From the IMG/VR virus record IMGVR_UViG_3300031951_000103: DNA of 64,000 bases; one strand, given 5' to 3'. The stretch's first letter is position 1, and each line of letters begins with the position of its first letter. A program made the translations under genes and the position numbers. This DNA comes from an uncultured virus (IMG/VR IMGVR_UViG_3300031951_000103) (taxonomy: Duplodnaviria > Heunggongvirae > Uroviricota > Caudoviricetes). Below are positions 45,104 through 55,066 of the stretch, in pieces. The notes beneath the pieces are model-generated. The model worked only from the letters and a program-made list of their open reading frames with translations, was not told the DNA's origin and ran no database searches.

Positions 45104-47268
45104 TTATAGTCTACTATTTTTCTAAAATCTATAATTAGAGAAGTATATGTTAATTTATTTTTTTTATTTCTTCTATCATATCTTGAGCTTCTTTTAATAA
45201 AACCATCTTCTATGTCCCATTCTTGAAAATGAAACTGACCATTTTCATCAAAATACTCCAATAAGTCACCCTCAAATCCATTTTCTTTAAATAGCTCTAG
45301 TAAAGTTACATAATTGTATAAGAATTTATGATCATGAGCAGAAGCTCCAGATCCCTCAACATCCACGCTTTTTATATAATCAGCACTTGGATGGTAACCA
45401 TCTGGCACAGCTATTCTAATAGATCCATCTTTATGCAGAAATTTTTTAAAATTATTTATAGTATTGATTCTATCTTTATCGTTCAAATGCTCAAAAACAT
45501 GTTCTGCTAATATTCTATTAATAGAATTATATTCTATATTATTTTTAATCCATGAATCTTCATTTGTTATATCTAATATGTCTTTATTTGTATTTATCCA
45601 ATTTCTATACTGTTTTCTTCCACATCCAACATGTAATTTTATCGCATTATTTTCTGGCTGTTTTATTTTAGCTATAGAATCTTTTATTTGTTCTGCTGTT
45701 CTTTTATTATATAAACCACACCGTCTTTTAAAATCATACCTAAGAGTTTTTTTATTAAGGGCCATAGCAATATACCATAAATATGTATCTTGACTAGGTA
45801 TGGGCAATCTTTCTCCTGCTAATTCAGCTGCTTGTTTTGTAAATTCAGTTGAGTGTAATTGCACAAAACTATTGGTTCTGTGATGATAATATCTATTTTT
45901 TATAATTTTTGAACTATCTATTATGTATTGAAAATTGAGATTTTTATTTATAGACCATTCATTAAGAGTATTTATCCAGGACCACGGTTTTGTATAGTTC
46001 CATTTATGGCCAACAATGTCAAATCCAGAAATATTTTTATTTAAAATTTCTCTACTGTCTACGGCATACGTATCACAATCTAACTTTAACCAATATTTCG
46101 TATTTACATTTTTTGCTGAACCAAATACAAAAGCACTCAACATTTTTTCTCTTTGGGAATCAGCATTATTCATTTCCCAAGGGATAAGTGTAATATTTTT
46201 ATAGTTTTTTATAAAATCTAGGCGTTCATCATTTTCTTTAAATCCATTAATAAATATTATTATTGGAAATTTTAATATATTTTTATATTTAATCCATGTT
46301 GGAAAAGTTAGTTTTAAGCATTCTACATATCTTGTATCACAAGCTGTTACAATTGTAGTATTTGTATAGTTAGGGTCATCGTTTTCATTATAATTATATT
46401 CTCTAGTATTATTTATAATTTTATTACATTCATTGACATATGACTCCATACCATATCTATTTTGTAAAAATTTATTAAGATTATAATCATGTTTTATATT
46501 GTCTATAATATTATCTATATTATTTTTTTCATTATGTAATAAATTAATAAATTCTTTTATCCATAACTCCGCCAAACTAAATTTTCTACAATGTTTTCGT
46601 CCATGATAATGTATAATCCTTTTGTCTTCTTGATTTTGGCCAAATTTAACACTAGTATTAAATTTTGAATCTAATATTTTAATATTATACTTAGGTAAAA
46701 GAATTTGACAAGCAATTTCATCTGGTATGTATAGTCTATTTGATTGTCCTATTCTTGCTATTTCTAGCCAATCTTTAAATATTCTAGAATTTTTCATAAA
46801 AGCATAAATTCCAGTATTAATCGCTGGACCATAAGATATTGCTTTAGATATGACTTCGTTGCCTAAATATTTTTCATAATTTTTAATACGACGAGATATG
46901 GTTTTTCCACTAGACAACCAGTTACTAAATTGAGTTACGCATAAATCATAATTTTGTATATCAATAAATAACTCATCAATATTACCAATAATTAATGTAT
47001 CAGCGTCTATAAAAATTGTTTCATCATAAGGAGATAATTGAGACACAATAATTTTTCTTACATAAGTATTATCTAATTTTTCAGAATCTAAGTTTATAAT
47101 AGAAATTTTATATTTTTCTAAAAACCAATTTATCTGATTATAGTTATAATTTTCCATTAAAATAGTGATATTTCCATTATAAAATTTTCTTAAGCTTTGA
47201 ATAGATACCATAAGTCGTATAACACAACCCTGTCCTCTATTGTAATAAATAATGCCTTGAGTAGTCAT
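45100..47268 (-). CDS. fusion of GT8-like glycosyltransferase, second GT-A domain and SAM-dependent methyltransferase
   Basis: TIFIDADT (DxD), INTG, DE, HYHG; WLKLDCDT; LHVGCG...EHVFEHL...L..DG.IRIAVPD. Confidence 0.8.
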   Translation of the reverse strand: MTTQGIIYYNRGQGCVIRLMVSIQSLRKFYNGNITILMENYNYNQINWFLEKYKISIINLDSEKLDNTYVRKIIVSQLSPYDETIFIDADTLIIGNIDELFIDIQNYDLCVTQFSNWLSSGKTISRRIKNYEKYLGNEVISKAISYGPAINTGIYAFMKNSRIFKDWLEIARIGQSNRLYIPDEIACQILLPKYNIKILDSKFNTSVKFGQNQEDKRIIHYHGRKHCRKFSLAELWIKEFINLLHNEKNNIDNIIDNIKHDYNLNKFLQNRYGMESYVNECNKIINNTREYNYNENDDPNYTNTTIVTACDTRYVECLKLTFPTWIKYKNILKFPIIIFINGFKENDERLDFIKNYKNITLIPWEMNNADSQREKMLSAFVFGSAKNVNTKYWLKLDCDTYAVDSREILNKNISGFDIVGHKWNYTKPWSWINTLNEWSINKNLNFQYIIDSSKIIKNRYYHHRTNSFVQLHSTEFTKQAAELAGERLPIPSQDTYLWYIAMALNKKTLRYDFKRRCGLYNKRTAEQIKDSIAKIKQPENNAIKLHVGCGRKQYRNWINTNKDILDITNEDSWIKNNIEYNSINRILAEHVFEHLNDKDRINTINNFKKFLHKDGSIRIAVPDGYHPSADYIKSVDVEGSGASAHDHKFLYNYVTLLELFKENGFEGDLLEYFDENGQFHFQEWDIEDGFIKRSSRYDRRNKKNKLTYTSLIIDFRKIVDYN

Positions 47269-47609
47269 ATTATACTCCCAGTATCTTCTCTTACTATATC
47301 ATGCTCGTCTATAGACACATAATATATTTCTATGGCTGAAGTATTTTCTTTGGCTGTAAATCTATGATAGACGCCTGACTTAATTTCTGTCATTTGTTCA
47401 TTTTCTAAAATCGTAATATCAACCAAGCCATTAGATTTCCATTCTTCTATCTCAAGTCTACCGTTTTGCACAAAAAAAATATTGTTTTTATGTTTGTGCA
47501 TATGCTTTGAGCATCTGCCTCCCTTTTTGATATAAATTTGATTAATTTGTATATTATCATTCTTAAAAAGAAGCATATTTTCGCCCCAAATCTTACCCTC
47601 TTTAATCAT
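47265..47609 (-). CDS. cupin (mannose-6-phosphate isomerase-like)
   Basis: KIWG...CSKHMHKHK.N.F.V..G...G.YHRF cupin motifs. Confidence 0.8.
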   Translation of the reverse strand: MIKEGKIWGENMLLFKNDNIQINQIYIKKGGRCSKHMHKHKNNIFFVQNGRLEIEEWKSNGLVDITILENEQMTEIKSGVYHRFTAKENTSAIEIYYVSIDEHDIVREDTGSII

Positions 47610-48520
47610 CTTCCCCTCTGTGCTAATCTAGTTGCCTTTGCATTTTCTTTATTAATTTTTTGTTTAATTTTAGCTTCTCTGTCGTATAGTCCTTCTGCTT
47701 TTTCATTTTTAATATCAACACCAAATTTAGAATAAATACTTAAGATGGCTGTGTCAAAATCTATAAATTCAAAACTTTTAAGTTCAGATTGTTTATTACA
47801 ATTAAAAATCTTTAGACCGGCTTGTGAGAATATTGGGTTTAACTGATTGAATCTATCTATCATTCTTTGATATGTTTTAGTATTATTTTTAATAGCTTGT
47901 TTGGATCTATCTTGTTTGAAATGATACTTATGATTTTCATCCATTTTAAAATCACACCCCAATAGATAAATTTCTCTAATACCAAGATAATATAAGAGCT
48001 TAATACCTATTAACATTACAGACCTACCGCCGCCATAATCTTTATGATCACCCCAATTAAAGGTCGGTTCTGTTAAAAATGTACTAGCATTAAATCTATC
48101 GTTTCTTTCTATACCAAAAACATTTGCACATGTAGATACCGGAACATTAGTTTCTTGCCATGAAATATTATCAAAAATATTTTTATTCATATTTTCATAT
48201 GGAATAAATTTTTGTATTTTTGGATCTAGCCAAATTGATTTCATAAATCTGCTAGGATCATCAACAGATGTCCATAGATTTGGCCTAAAGCTTTTAACAG
48301 AATTGTTAACTCCCATAGTTAAAAAACCAGGATATTTTAAAGCGTCTTTATACCAAAACTCTTTGCTTCCAAGATTAATTTTTTCTTTAGAATCTAATAT
48401 TTGTTTAAAACTCGGTCCGCTTAATATTAAAAAAGCAGACGAATTTTTATAAATATTTTTTAAACTTATCCTGTTGTTATCTGTTGTAAAAATAGATATT
48501 TCTTTATGAAGTTGATTCAT
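47606..48520 (-). CDS. Maf/DUF115/CST-like glycosyltransferase-fold protein
   Basis: AFLILSGPSF, GVN, D, S....L.YYLG..EIYLLGCDF, IFNCN motifs. Confidence 0.65.
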   Translation of the reverse strand: MNQLHKEISIFTTDNNRISLKNIYKNSSAFLILSGPSFKQILDSKEKINLGSKEFWYKDALKYPGFLTMGVNNSVKSFRPNLWTSVDDPSRFMKSIWLDPKIQKFIPYENMNKNIFDNISWQETNVPVSTCANVFGIERNDRFNASTFLTEPTFNWGDHKDYGGGRSVMLIGIKLLYYLGIREIYLLGCDFKMDENHKYHFKQDRSKQAIKNNTKTYQRMIDRFNQLNPIFSQAGLKIFNCNKQSELKSFEFIDFDTAILSIYSKFGVDIKNEKAEGLYDREAKIKQKINKENAKATRLAQRGR

Positions 48521-48531
48521 AGAACTAGAAA

Positions 48532-48861
48532 CTATTTATCTTTAGAATCTTTGCTCCATTTATGCCAACCTTTATTAGGCAGATAATTTCCATCATCATC
48601 TTTACGTTTTGGAAATAATGTACCGCCTTTTTTGTGTTGTCCAAAAGCTAATATAGCCCCACAATCAGAACATCGTAATTCGTAATAGTCATTACCATCA
48701 ACATTACGTACCACAAAACGCAGATTTGTATTATTACAAAGGCCGCATTTTTCTTCAGCAAAAATTTCCTGAATTAGTGCTAATTCCTTAAAAATTTCTT
48801 TTTGGCCAGCTCCTTCAAGCTCAAACTCTAATTTATCGCCAACTTTATATTTAACTTTCAT
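48532..48861 (-). CDS. zinc-ribbon protein (replication/recombination-associated)
   Basis: CGLC...YYELRCSDCGA; adjacent to the Sak-like gene. Confidence 0.6.
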   Translation of the reverse strand: MKVKYKVGDKLEFELEGAGQKEIFKELALIQEIFAEEKCGLCNNTNLRFVVRNVDGNDYYELRCSDCGAILAFGQHKKGGTLFPKRKDDDGNYLPNKGWHKWSKDSKDK

Positions 48862-48866
48862 AATTA

Positions 48867-49589
48867 TTATTTCCAGTTTGAATCATATCCTAGAATATCA
48901 TCAGATATTGACGAGATATTTTGCTGATATGATGATAGTGTTTTAATAAGATTTACAGCATCGCTGTGCTCTATATTATAGATATTTTTAGTATCATGTC
49001 CAATTTTTTCTATCATCTTAAGAGCGTTTATATCGAGTCTCTTACATAAGACATCTATAAAATTAAGTTGATTATTGCTAATCTTATTAATATTGTGAGA
49101 ATCAGGATTATCTTCAATATCCTTAGCGATTTCTTCTGCTGCTACTACTTTTCTTAATCTTAATGCTCTTCTTAATGCTCTTCCTTCTGCTCTTGTTTCA
49201 GCAACCGCAACAGGATGGTTTCTATAGATTTTGTCACAATTTCCATAATACACATCTGCTGCTCCATCTGTGGTTATCGTATTTAAATGATCCCTATCAC
49301 CATCCATATCTTTTAATACAAAGGTTATGGAATGAACCACGGTGGCTCTTTTTTCATTATTTGGTTCAGGAGATTGAACCACTTGGGATGTTGAGCTTAT
49401 TACTCTACAATCTAATGCTAATTCAAATATTCTTCTTAATCCATCTGTTGTAGGATTACCACTTATTTTTTCATCTTCGGACAATAAGCTTAATACATAA
49501 TCAGTCCATTCTATCGAATGAATAGATGGCTTAATATTGTCTTTTTCAACAGATTTTTCTTCAAGATTTGTATTTTTTTTAGCTGGCAT
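48867..49589 (-). CDS. Rad52/Sak-like single-strand annealing protein
   Basis: G.AD...AVAETRAEGRALRRAL...AEE motif; C-terminal S..Q..FI..L domain. Confidence 0.65.
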   Translation of the reverse strand: MPAKKNTNLEEKSVEKDNIKPSIHSIEWTDYVLSLLSEDEKISGNPTTDGLRRIFELALDCRVISSTSQVVQSPEPNNEKRATVVHSITFVLKDMDGDRDHLNTITTDGAADVYYGNCDKIYRNHPVAVAETRAEGRALRRALRLRKVVAAEEIAKDIEDNPDSHNINKISNNQLNFIDVLCKRLDINALKMIEKIGHDTKNIYNIEHSDAVNLIKTLSSYQQNISSISDDILGYDSNWK

Positions 49590-50381
49590 TTAATCCCCTA
49601 TTTCTATTAGTCTATTATTGATATCTGGAAACTTATTTTTAATATTTGATAAATTGGTTAATAATTGTTTATAAAGTAGTTTGGCTCGTGTTGGAGAAAA
49701 GTCGCTTAACTGCTTAATTCTAATTAAAACCAAGCCCTTGCCAAGTATTAAGCCACTTTTTTTATTATCATATTTGATATTTCTTTGTAAAGCATCCTCT
49801 CCCCATACTGGTAAAAAATGTGATGGACCATCGATTTCTATAGCCACATTTAATTCTGGTAAAAACAAATCAATTTGTAGCTTAGTATTAAGCAAAGCTT
49901 GCTCTTTATGAAAGTCTACTCTATAACCATTATTTAATAATTCTTTAAAGAGATATTTTTCTAATTTAGAACCATTTTTGCTAGACTCTCTAACGGCATC
50001 ATTGGCTAACTTAGTAAAATTTTGTTTCTGATCCTCTGATAAAGAATCCCACCTTTTTTTAGCATCTTGTTTGCGTTTATTTAATTCTGTTGCGTCGAGA
50101 TTTTCCCAATTTTGTAAAATCTTTAAACCTATTTTATCTTTGGTGTTTTGTGATCTGGTAGTGCCTTTTGTTGGATGCTTATGATTTCCTGTAATAAGTG
50201 CGTTTTTTTGGGCTTCGCTTTTATCCCTAACAGCTATATTGAATTTCTTAGCATCTCTACGTATTTTATTAGCATATGTATCATACTGATCAGCTATTTG
50301 TTTGAATGATTTTTTATCTGTTAAATATAATTTTTGTATCAGATTTTTTTTAGCAGTGTCCGTCATTTCTTCATATTTCAT
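49590..50381 (-). CDS. DUF559/Vsr-like endonuclease with N-terminal HTH, putative homing endonuclease
   Basis: SKLE...IDLFLPELNVAIEIDGPSH...D..K....G..LIRI. Confidence 0.75.
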   Translation of the reverse strand: MKYEEMTDTAKKNLIQKLYLTDKKSFKQIADQYDTYANKIRRDAKKFNIAVRDKSEAQKNALITGNHKHPTKGTTRSQNTKDKIGLKILQNWENLDATELNKRKQDAKKRWDSLSEDQKQNFTKLANDAVRESSKNGSKLEKYLFKELLNNGYRVDFHKEQALLNTKLQIDLFLPELNVAIEIDGPSHFLPVWGEDALQRNIKYDNKKSGLILGKGLVLIRIKQLSDFSPTRAKLLYKQLLTNLSNIKNKFPDINNRLIEIGD

Positions 50382-50749
50382 ATTTCACCTATTTGTGTTA
50401 AACTATTTATAGTAGTTACTCCTGGTATTGAGTGGTTATTAAATAATATATAGTATCTATTATTTGGAAATGTATCAATTAGCCAGTCATCATTCGCATT
50501 TTCTAATATAACATGATGAAATTTATTAGCTAAATATAAGGTATGAAATACTGGTATATAAATATTATCTTTTAAGTACGAAGATTCGGTATAGCAAGCA
50601 TAGGTATATTTATATGGGTCATTTTTAACCAAAGAGATTAATTCTATAAATCTATTATCTTTATAGATATTATCGTTTAATATATTAAAAAATAACGATA
50701 TATCGATATTATTATTATTATTATTATTTGTAAAATTTTGTAATTGCAT
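50378..50749 (-). CDS. hypothetical protein
   Basis: ORF track, overlapping operon packing. Confidence 0.55.
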   Translation of the reverse strand: MQLQNFTNNNNNNNIDISLFFNILNDNIYKDNRFIELISLVKNDPYKYTYACYTESSYLKDNIYIPVFHTLYLANKFHHVILENANDDWLIDTFPNNRYYILFNNHSIPGVTTINSLTQIGEI

Positions 50750-51389
50750 TTCTTTGTCTCATATTGTTAAAATAAATAAAGTTATTACTATTGATATTAG
50801 ATATTTTAAATACTTCATTAGCAGATACTAACATATTTATGATTTCAAAATATAATAAATTTTTGATACTATATTTAGTATCAGAAAGAATTTTATTAGT
50901 ACTATATTCATTAATATAAAAAATATTACAAAACTTATTATTTGGTAAATCAAAAAACATATTAATAAGGTTAGATGATTGGTCTGAGATACATCCCACA
51001 TCAATAGCACTATCTTTAGTGCTATGTAAACATAAAATCGAAGAATTATCGAATTTTATAGCGGATAATGTTTTTTCATTAAAAATGCAACCATAATCTA
51101 TAAATACTATATTTTTATATTTAGCTTTTAAGCACCCAGTGTATATCGGATTATGTTCTAAACAATTAACAACTTTAATCTTATGAAAGTTTTTTTGTAT
51201 TTTTATTGTATTAAAAGAACTAATAACTATTATTTCATAACTAGTATTTTTCTTATTAAAATTATGGATAGCTTTGATCTGATGATCTAATAATTTTTGA
51301 TTATTAAACATCATTAAAGACTTGGGTCCACGAGACTTCATGCCCTTATCCGTATAACAAGCTAATATTATATAAGAAATATTATTCAT
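50724..51389 (-). CDS. nucleotidyltransferase (NTP_transferase)-like protein, degenerate
   Basis: IILA....GMKSRGPKSL....LLDHQI. Confidence 0.6.
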   Translation of the reverse strand: MNNISYIILACYTDKGMKSRGPKSLMMFNNQKLLDHQIKAIHNFNKKNTSYEIIVISSFNTIKIQKNFHKIKVVNCLEHNPIYTGCLKAKYKNIVFIDYGCIFNEKTLSAIKFDNSSILCLHSTKDSAIDVGCISDQSSNLINMFFDLPNNKFCNIFYINEYSTNKILSDTKYSIKNLLYFEIINMLVSANEVFKISNINSNNFIYFNNMRQRNAITKFYK

Positions 51390-51822
51390 ACAACATACAC
51401 TCTATATAATATTGTGATGCATTAATATAATTAATAGATAATATCTTGAGCCCATCTATTTCTAATAAAAGCTCTTTAATATCGGATGTTGTATATGTAG
51501 ATTTTTTTCCTATTCCATAAATCATAGACTTATAAACTTTAGTATTGATTTGACCATATAATAATGCCGCCGATGCTGACTTTATGTCTGTGCCTTGTAT
51601 GTATAGTTTTCCATTATGAATTAATTTACTTTTTAATATTCTAATAGTTTTGTTTAGATCTTTTTCTTCAATATAGTCTAATAAATCATGTATATAAATA
51701 GATTCTATGGAACCAGGTTCTATACTATTTATTTTTTCAAAAGATATAAATTCAAAATCTTTAAGATCATTTATAGGTTGAAAAAAATGTATAAAATATT
51801 TTTTATTTATCGTGGTATTCAT
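51382..51822 (-). CDS. truncated SAM-methyltransferase-like protein
   Basis: SIESIYIHDLLDYI.......L...L..NGKLYI..D; lacks an obvious motif I. Confidence 0.5.
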   Translation of the reverse strand: MNTTINKKYFIHFFQPINDLKDFEFISFEKINSIEPGSIESIYIHDLLDYIEEKDLNKTIRILKSKLIHNGKLYIQGTDIKSASAALLYGQINTKVYKSMIYGIGKKSTYTTSDIKELLLEIDGLKILSINYINASQYYIECMLYE

Positions 51823-52294
51823 TGTATGTATTATTAATAATAAATGGACTAGAACATAATTCTAAAATGTATGATCGCCATTGATCTATACTTTTTTTAT
51901 TATAGATGTCAAATTTTATTATGGCACTATATTTCTTAAGCAAAATTTTATTTAATGTGCTTGATAAAGAGACCACTGGAGATGGCTGAAAATAAATATC
52001 TACATCTAAAGTTTTATAATCATCAGCTTTATCAAAGATTAATAATAATGGTATATGAAAATATTTACATAATTCTACGCTCTTAATAAGAGTCTCTTCT
52101 GTCATATCCATAGTAATAATAATATGCGGATTATTTATTCCATAAAAAGTATCATCAAAATTAACAAAACTAACCACAGGAAATAAATTGTATACAAATG
52201 CGTTGAATTCGTGGTCTTTGTCTTTTGGTATATATAAAATATTTATCCTATTCTCTATAGTTAGAGACTCTTTTTGTATAATATTTTGTATCAT
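51803..52294 (-). CDS. hypothetical protein (possibly a degenerate GT domain)
   Basis: ORF track, operon packing within the GT cluster. Confidence 0.5.
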   Translation of the reverse strand: MIQNIIQKESLTIENRINILYIPKDKDHEFNAFVYNLFPVVSFVNFDDTFYGINNPHIIITMDMTEETLIKSVELCKYFHIPLLLIFDKADDYKTLDVDIYFQPSPVVSLSSTLNKILLKKYSAIIKFDIYNKKSIDQWRSYILELCSSPFIINNTYNEYHDK

Positions 52295-53394
52295 AATATT
52301 TTAAATTGTTCCGAAACTTTTTGCAAAGTAAACTGTTTTATTTGTTCTGTTTGGTTTTTTATTCTTTGTTTTTTTGATGCCTTAGATTCATTAATAGCTA
52401 AAAACATTTTTTCAACAATATCATCTATTTTGGGTTCGTACCATTTTTGATATACAGAATTATATATAGGGAAAATTCTATTTTTATCTTTACATGGCAC
52501 AAGATCGCTTGCAATTTTTAATCCGCAAGCATTATTTATAATATCGTCAAATCCTGTATTTTCTGTTGTTATAATTTGATTATTAAATGCCATAGCTTCT
52601 AGTGCTGAATATCCAAAACTTTCACCATATGATGTATTTATATAACAATCATTATTATTATGTAAATATAGTATATTTTTATAATCAGTATTTCCTATAT
52701 ATAACTTTGGCTTTTTAACAAAATTTTTTCTTACAGTTGTATAAATTTTTTCAAATTCATACTCTATATACTCTTGCATATTAGCAACGTTATCTATATG
52801 TCTAAGTTTTATAGATAAATCTATATCAGAATAATGATTTGAACATATTAGAAAAGCCATCAATAATGAATTTAAATTTTTTCTATCTTCAAAACTAGTA
52901 ATAGCATAAAACTTGTAATTATAATCTGTAATTTCTATAGGATTATTATTTCTATAATTTATTATATAATCAAGATCAATTGGTTCTGGTACAATAGAAA
53001 TTTTTGATTTAATATCTAATTCATTTAAAGCAAGTTTGACAAATCTAGATCCGACAATAATTTTATCCATAATATTTAGATGGTCTTTTAGCATATTAGT
53101 ATTATTAATGGATTCTAGATGAATTAATCCTATATTTTCATCAAATCTACTATCAAATACCAGCTGATGTGGATAGCAATGCTGTATAATTTTATGATAA
53201 TGTTTACTATGATTTTTCTCTAATTCTAAAATCGAACTATCTATAGATTCTGGTGGGTATGAAACATAATAATTATACGATGGTCTAATAGATATATTAT
53301 GACCAGAAAGAGCTAGTGCTCTAATATATTGTCTGGATGCGTTACCCATACCAGAAAATTCTCTATATGGGCCTATATATAGTATATTATCCAT
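52291..53394 (-). CDS. GT4-family glycosyltransferase
   Basis: SG.G.A...Y, RKNL..L, DCY...S.GESFG..ALEAMA. Confidence 0.85.
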   Translation of the reverse strand: MDNILYIGPYREFSGMGNASRQYIRALALSGHNISIRPSYNYYVSYPPESIDSSILELEKNHSKHYHKIIQHCYPHQLVFDSRFDENIGLIHLESINNTNMLKDHLNIMDKIIVGSRFVKLALNELDIKSKISIVPEPIDLDYIINYRNNNPIEITDYNYKFYAITSFEDRKNLNSLLMAFLICSNHYSDIDLSIKLRHIDNVANMQEYIEYEFEKIYTTVRKNFVKKPKLYIGNTDYKNILYLHNNNDCYINTSYGESFGYSALEAMAFNNQIITTENTGFDDIINNACGLKIASDLVPCKDKNRIFPIYNSVYQKWYEPKIDDIVEKMFLAINESKASKKQRIKNQTEQIKQFTLQKVSEQFKIL

Positions 53395-53400
53395 ATTATA

Positions 53401-55008
53401 TTATTTATTCAAAAAAATATCATTTATTGAGATTTCGCCAGACCTTACTTTTTCACAATATATTTTGTTATTCAGCAATGTCTCTAGAACCCTAACAAAA
53501 TCTTGTCGTTGTGTTTGAGATACTCCAGTATTTGATGTTATAAAATTTTCGTCTAAAGATTTAATAATTGATTGAATATAGTGAGTACGATTTAACTGTG
53601 GTTCTTTTAATAGATTATTGACTATAAAATATACAAAAGCTCTATTGTTAGATATTGTGGGAACAGACAAGTCTGGATTTGTTAATAATGGCTTGTTCCA
53701 CATATTTTTTGGCTCTAAGCTATTAAAAACTTTTGTCCATACTGCTGCTGTTTTATCCCAACTATAATTATCTAATAATAATTTTCTAGTATTTTTTGAA
53801 ATCTGTTTTTTTTCTTGCGTCGGCTTATTAAGCCAATCAATAACTTTATCTATTAAATCATCATTGTCTGGAACAGCTCTATCAGCACCAGTTTCAAGTT
53901 CTTTAGATAAGAGACACTTAATTTTAGTCCCACCCAGCAAAGATGTCAATTCTTCCATACCACTATAATTTACGGCAAATAATGGAATTCCACAAGATGC
54001 AGCTTCTAATTGTGGTATTCCAAGACCTTCACATATTGCATATTGTACATATATATCGAATATATTGTATATATCACATAGTTGAGAATTAGACACTCCA
54101 TTAGAAACATTAGGGAAGAACGCATATTGATTGGGATTAAAAATACAATTTATTCTAGCTCCCTTATATAGTGACGGAAAAATTACTTTAGATGTAGGAT
54201 TATAATAGGTAAATAGAACATTATTATAAACGCCGTATTCCTGTAATAATTCTGGTATATTCCATCCAGCGTTTTCTGGATACGAAGTGTGTAAGTATAG
54301 AAAAACTTGATGATTTTTAATTTTTTTGATTAAGGATTTGAGACTACGAAATAATTCAGCAATAAGTTTTCTTTTTTGGTTTCTCATTACAGAACCAATA
54401 ATAAAACTATCTCCAGGAATACCAAATTTTGCTTTATGATAATTTTTTGTCCATTGTATTGGCTTAAATTCTTCTGGATTTACAGAGTCGCTAACGCATG
54501 GACCAATATTAATTGGTCTATTTAAAGATTTTAAATAATTAGACGCCCATTCGGTATGTGTTAAAACTAAATCCGCATTCTCAAATGTTTTTAACCATTC
54601 TGGTTTTTGTGGGATACTGTCTATAGTTGGAGCAACTACCCAGTGATAATATGGTCTTAAACAAGACAATTCTTGATATGAAAACATCCAATAGTCACGA
54701 ATATCAAAAACAATATCTGGTTTAAAATGTAAAACTACTTTATCGAATCGCCATTGTCCAAAATGATTAATGGGATTACTATTATAAATTTTTAATTCAT
54801 CGCTATTATCATATGGAACATTAGGATAGACTTTCCATGGAACATCTCGAATATAATCGTCTTTTAAATATGAGGCGAATTCTGCAATTTCATAATTTGG
54901 ATCTTTAGATAATCTAGACAGAATCTCATAGGTATATCTGCCAAATCCACTTTTTATGGTGTGTGATTCACCACACATTAAAATTCTTTTTTTTCTTTGT
55001 ATTTGCAT
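53401..55008 (-). CDS. GT4-family glycosyltransferase (start revised to ATG 55008)
   Basis: SGFG, RNQKRK, YN.FD.YV....EGLGIPQLEAASCGIP; the track's TTG start lies inside a terminator. Confidence 0.88.
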   Translation of the reverse strand: MQIQRKKRILMCGESHTIKSGFGRYTYEILSRLSKDPNYEIAEFASYLKDDYIRDVPWKVYPNVPYDNSDELKIYNSNPINHFGQWRFDKVVLHFKPDIVFDIRDYWMFSYQELSCLRPYYHWVVAPTIDSIPQKPEWLKTFENADLVLTHTEWASNYLKSLNRPINIGPCVSDSVNPEEFKPIQWTKNYHKAKFGIPGDSFIIGSVMRNQKRKLIAELFRSLKSLIKKIKNHQVFLYLHTSYPENAGWNIPELLQEYGVYNNVLFTYYNPTSKVIFPSLYKGARINCIFNPNQYAFFPNVSNGVSNSQLCDIYNIFDIYVQYAICEGLGIPQLEAASCGIPLFAVNYSGMEELTSLLGGTKIKCLLSKELETGADRAVPDNDDLIDKVIDWLNKPTQEKKQISKNTRKLLLDNYSWDKTAAVWTKVFNSLEPKNMWNKPLLTNPDLSVPTISNNRAFVYFIVNNLLKEPQLNRTHYIQSIIKSLDENFITSNTGVSQTQRQDFVRVLETLLNNKIYCEKVRSGEISINDIFLNK

Positions 55009-55017
55009 ATAATTAAT

Positions 55018-55039
55018 AAAAAAGGGGCGTTGCCGCCCC
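55018..55039 (-). terminator. intrinsic terminator after ssb
   Basis: GGGGCG-GCAA-CGCCCC followed by T6 on the minus strand. Confidence 0.9.
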
Positions 55040-55066
55040 AATTTTAATTTGAACTATTTTAATTCC

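Noticed and set aside
55009..55041. TTG start and N-terminal extension of the GT4
   Set aside because: Overlaps the ssb terminator hairpin; ATG 55008 preferred
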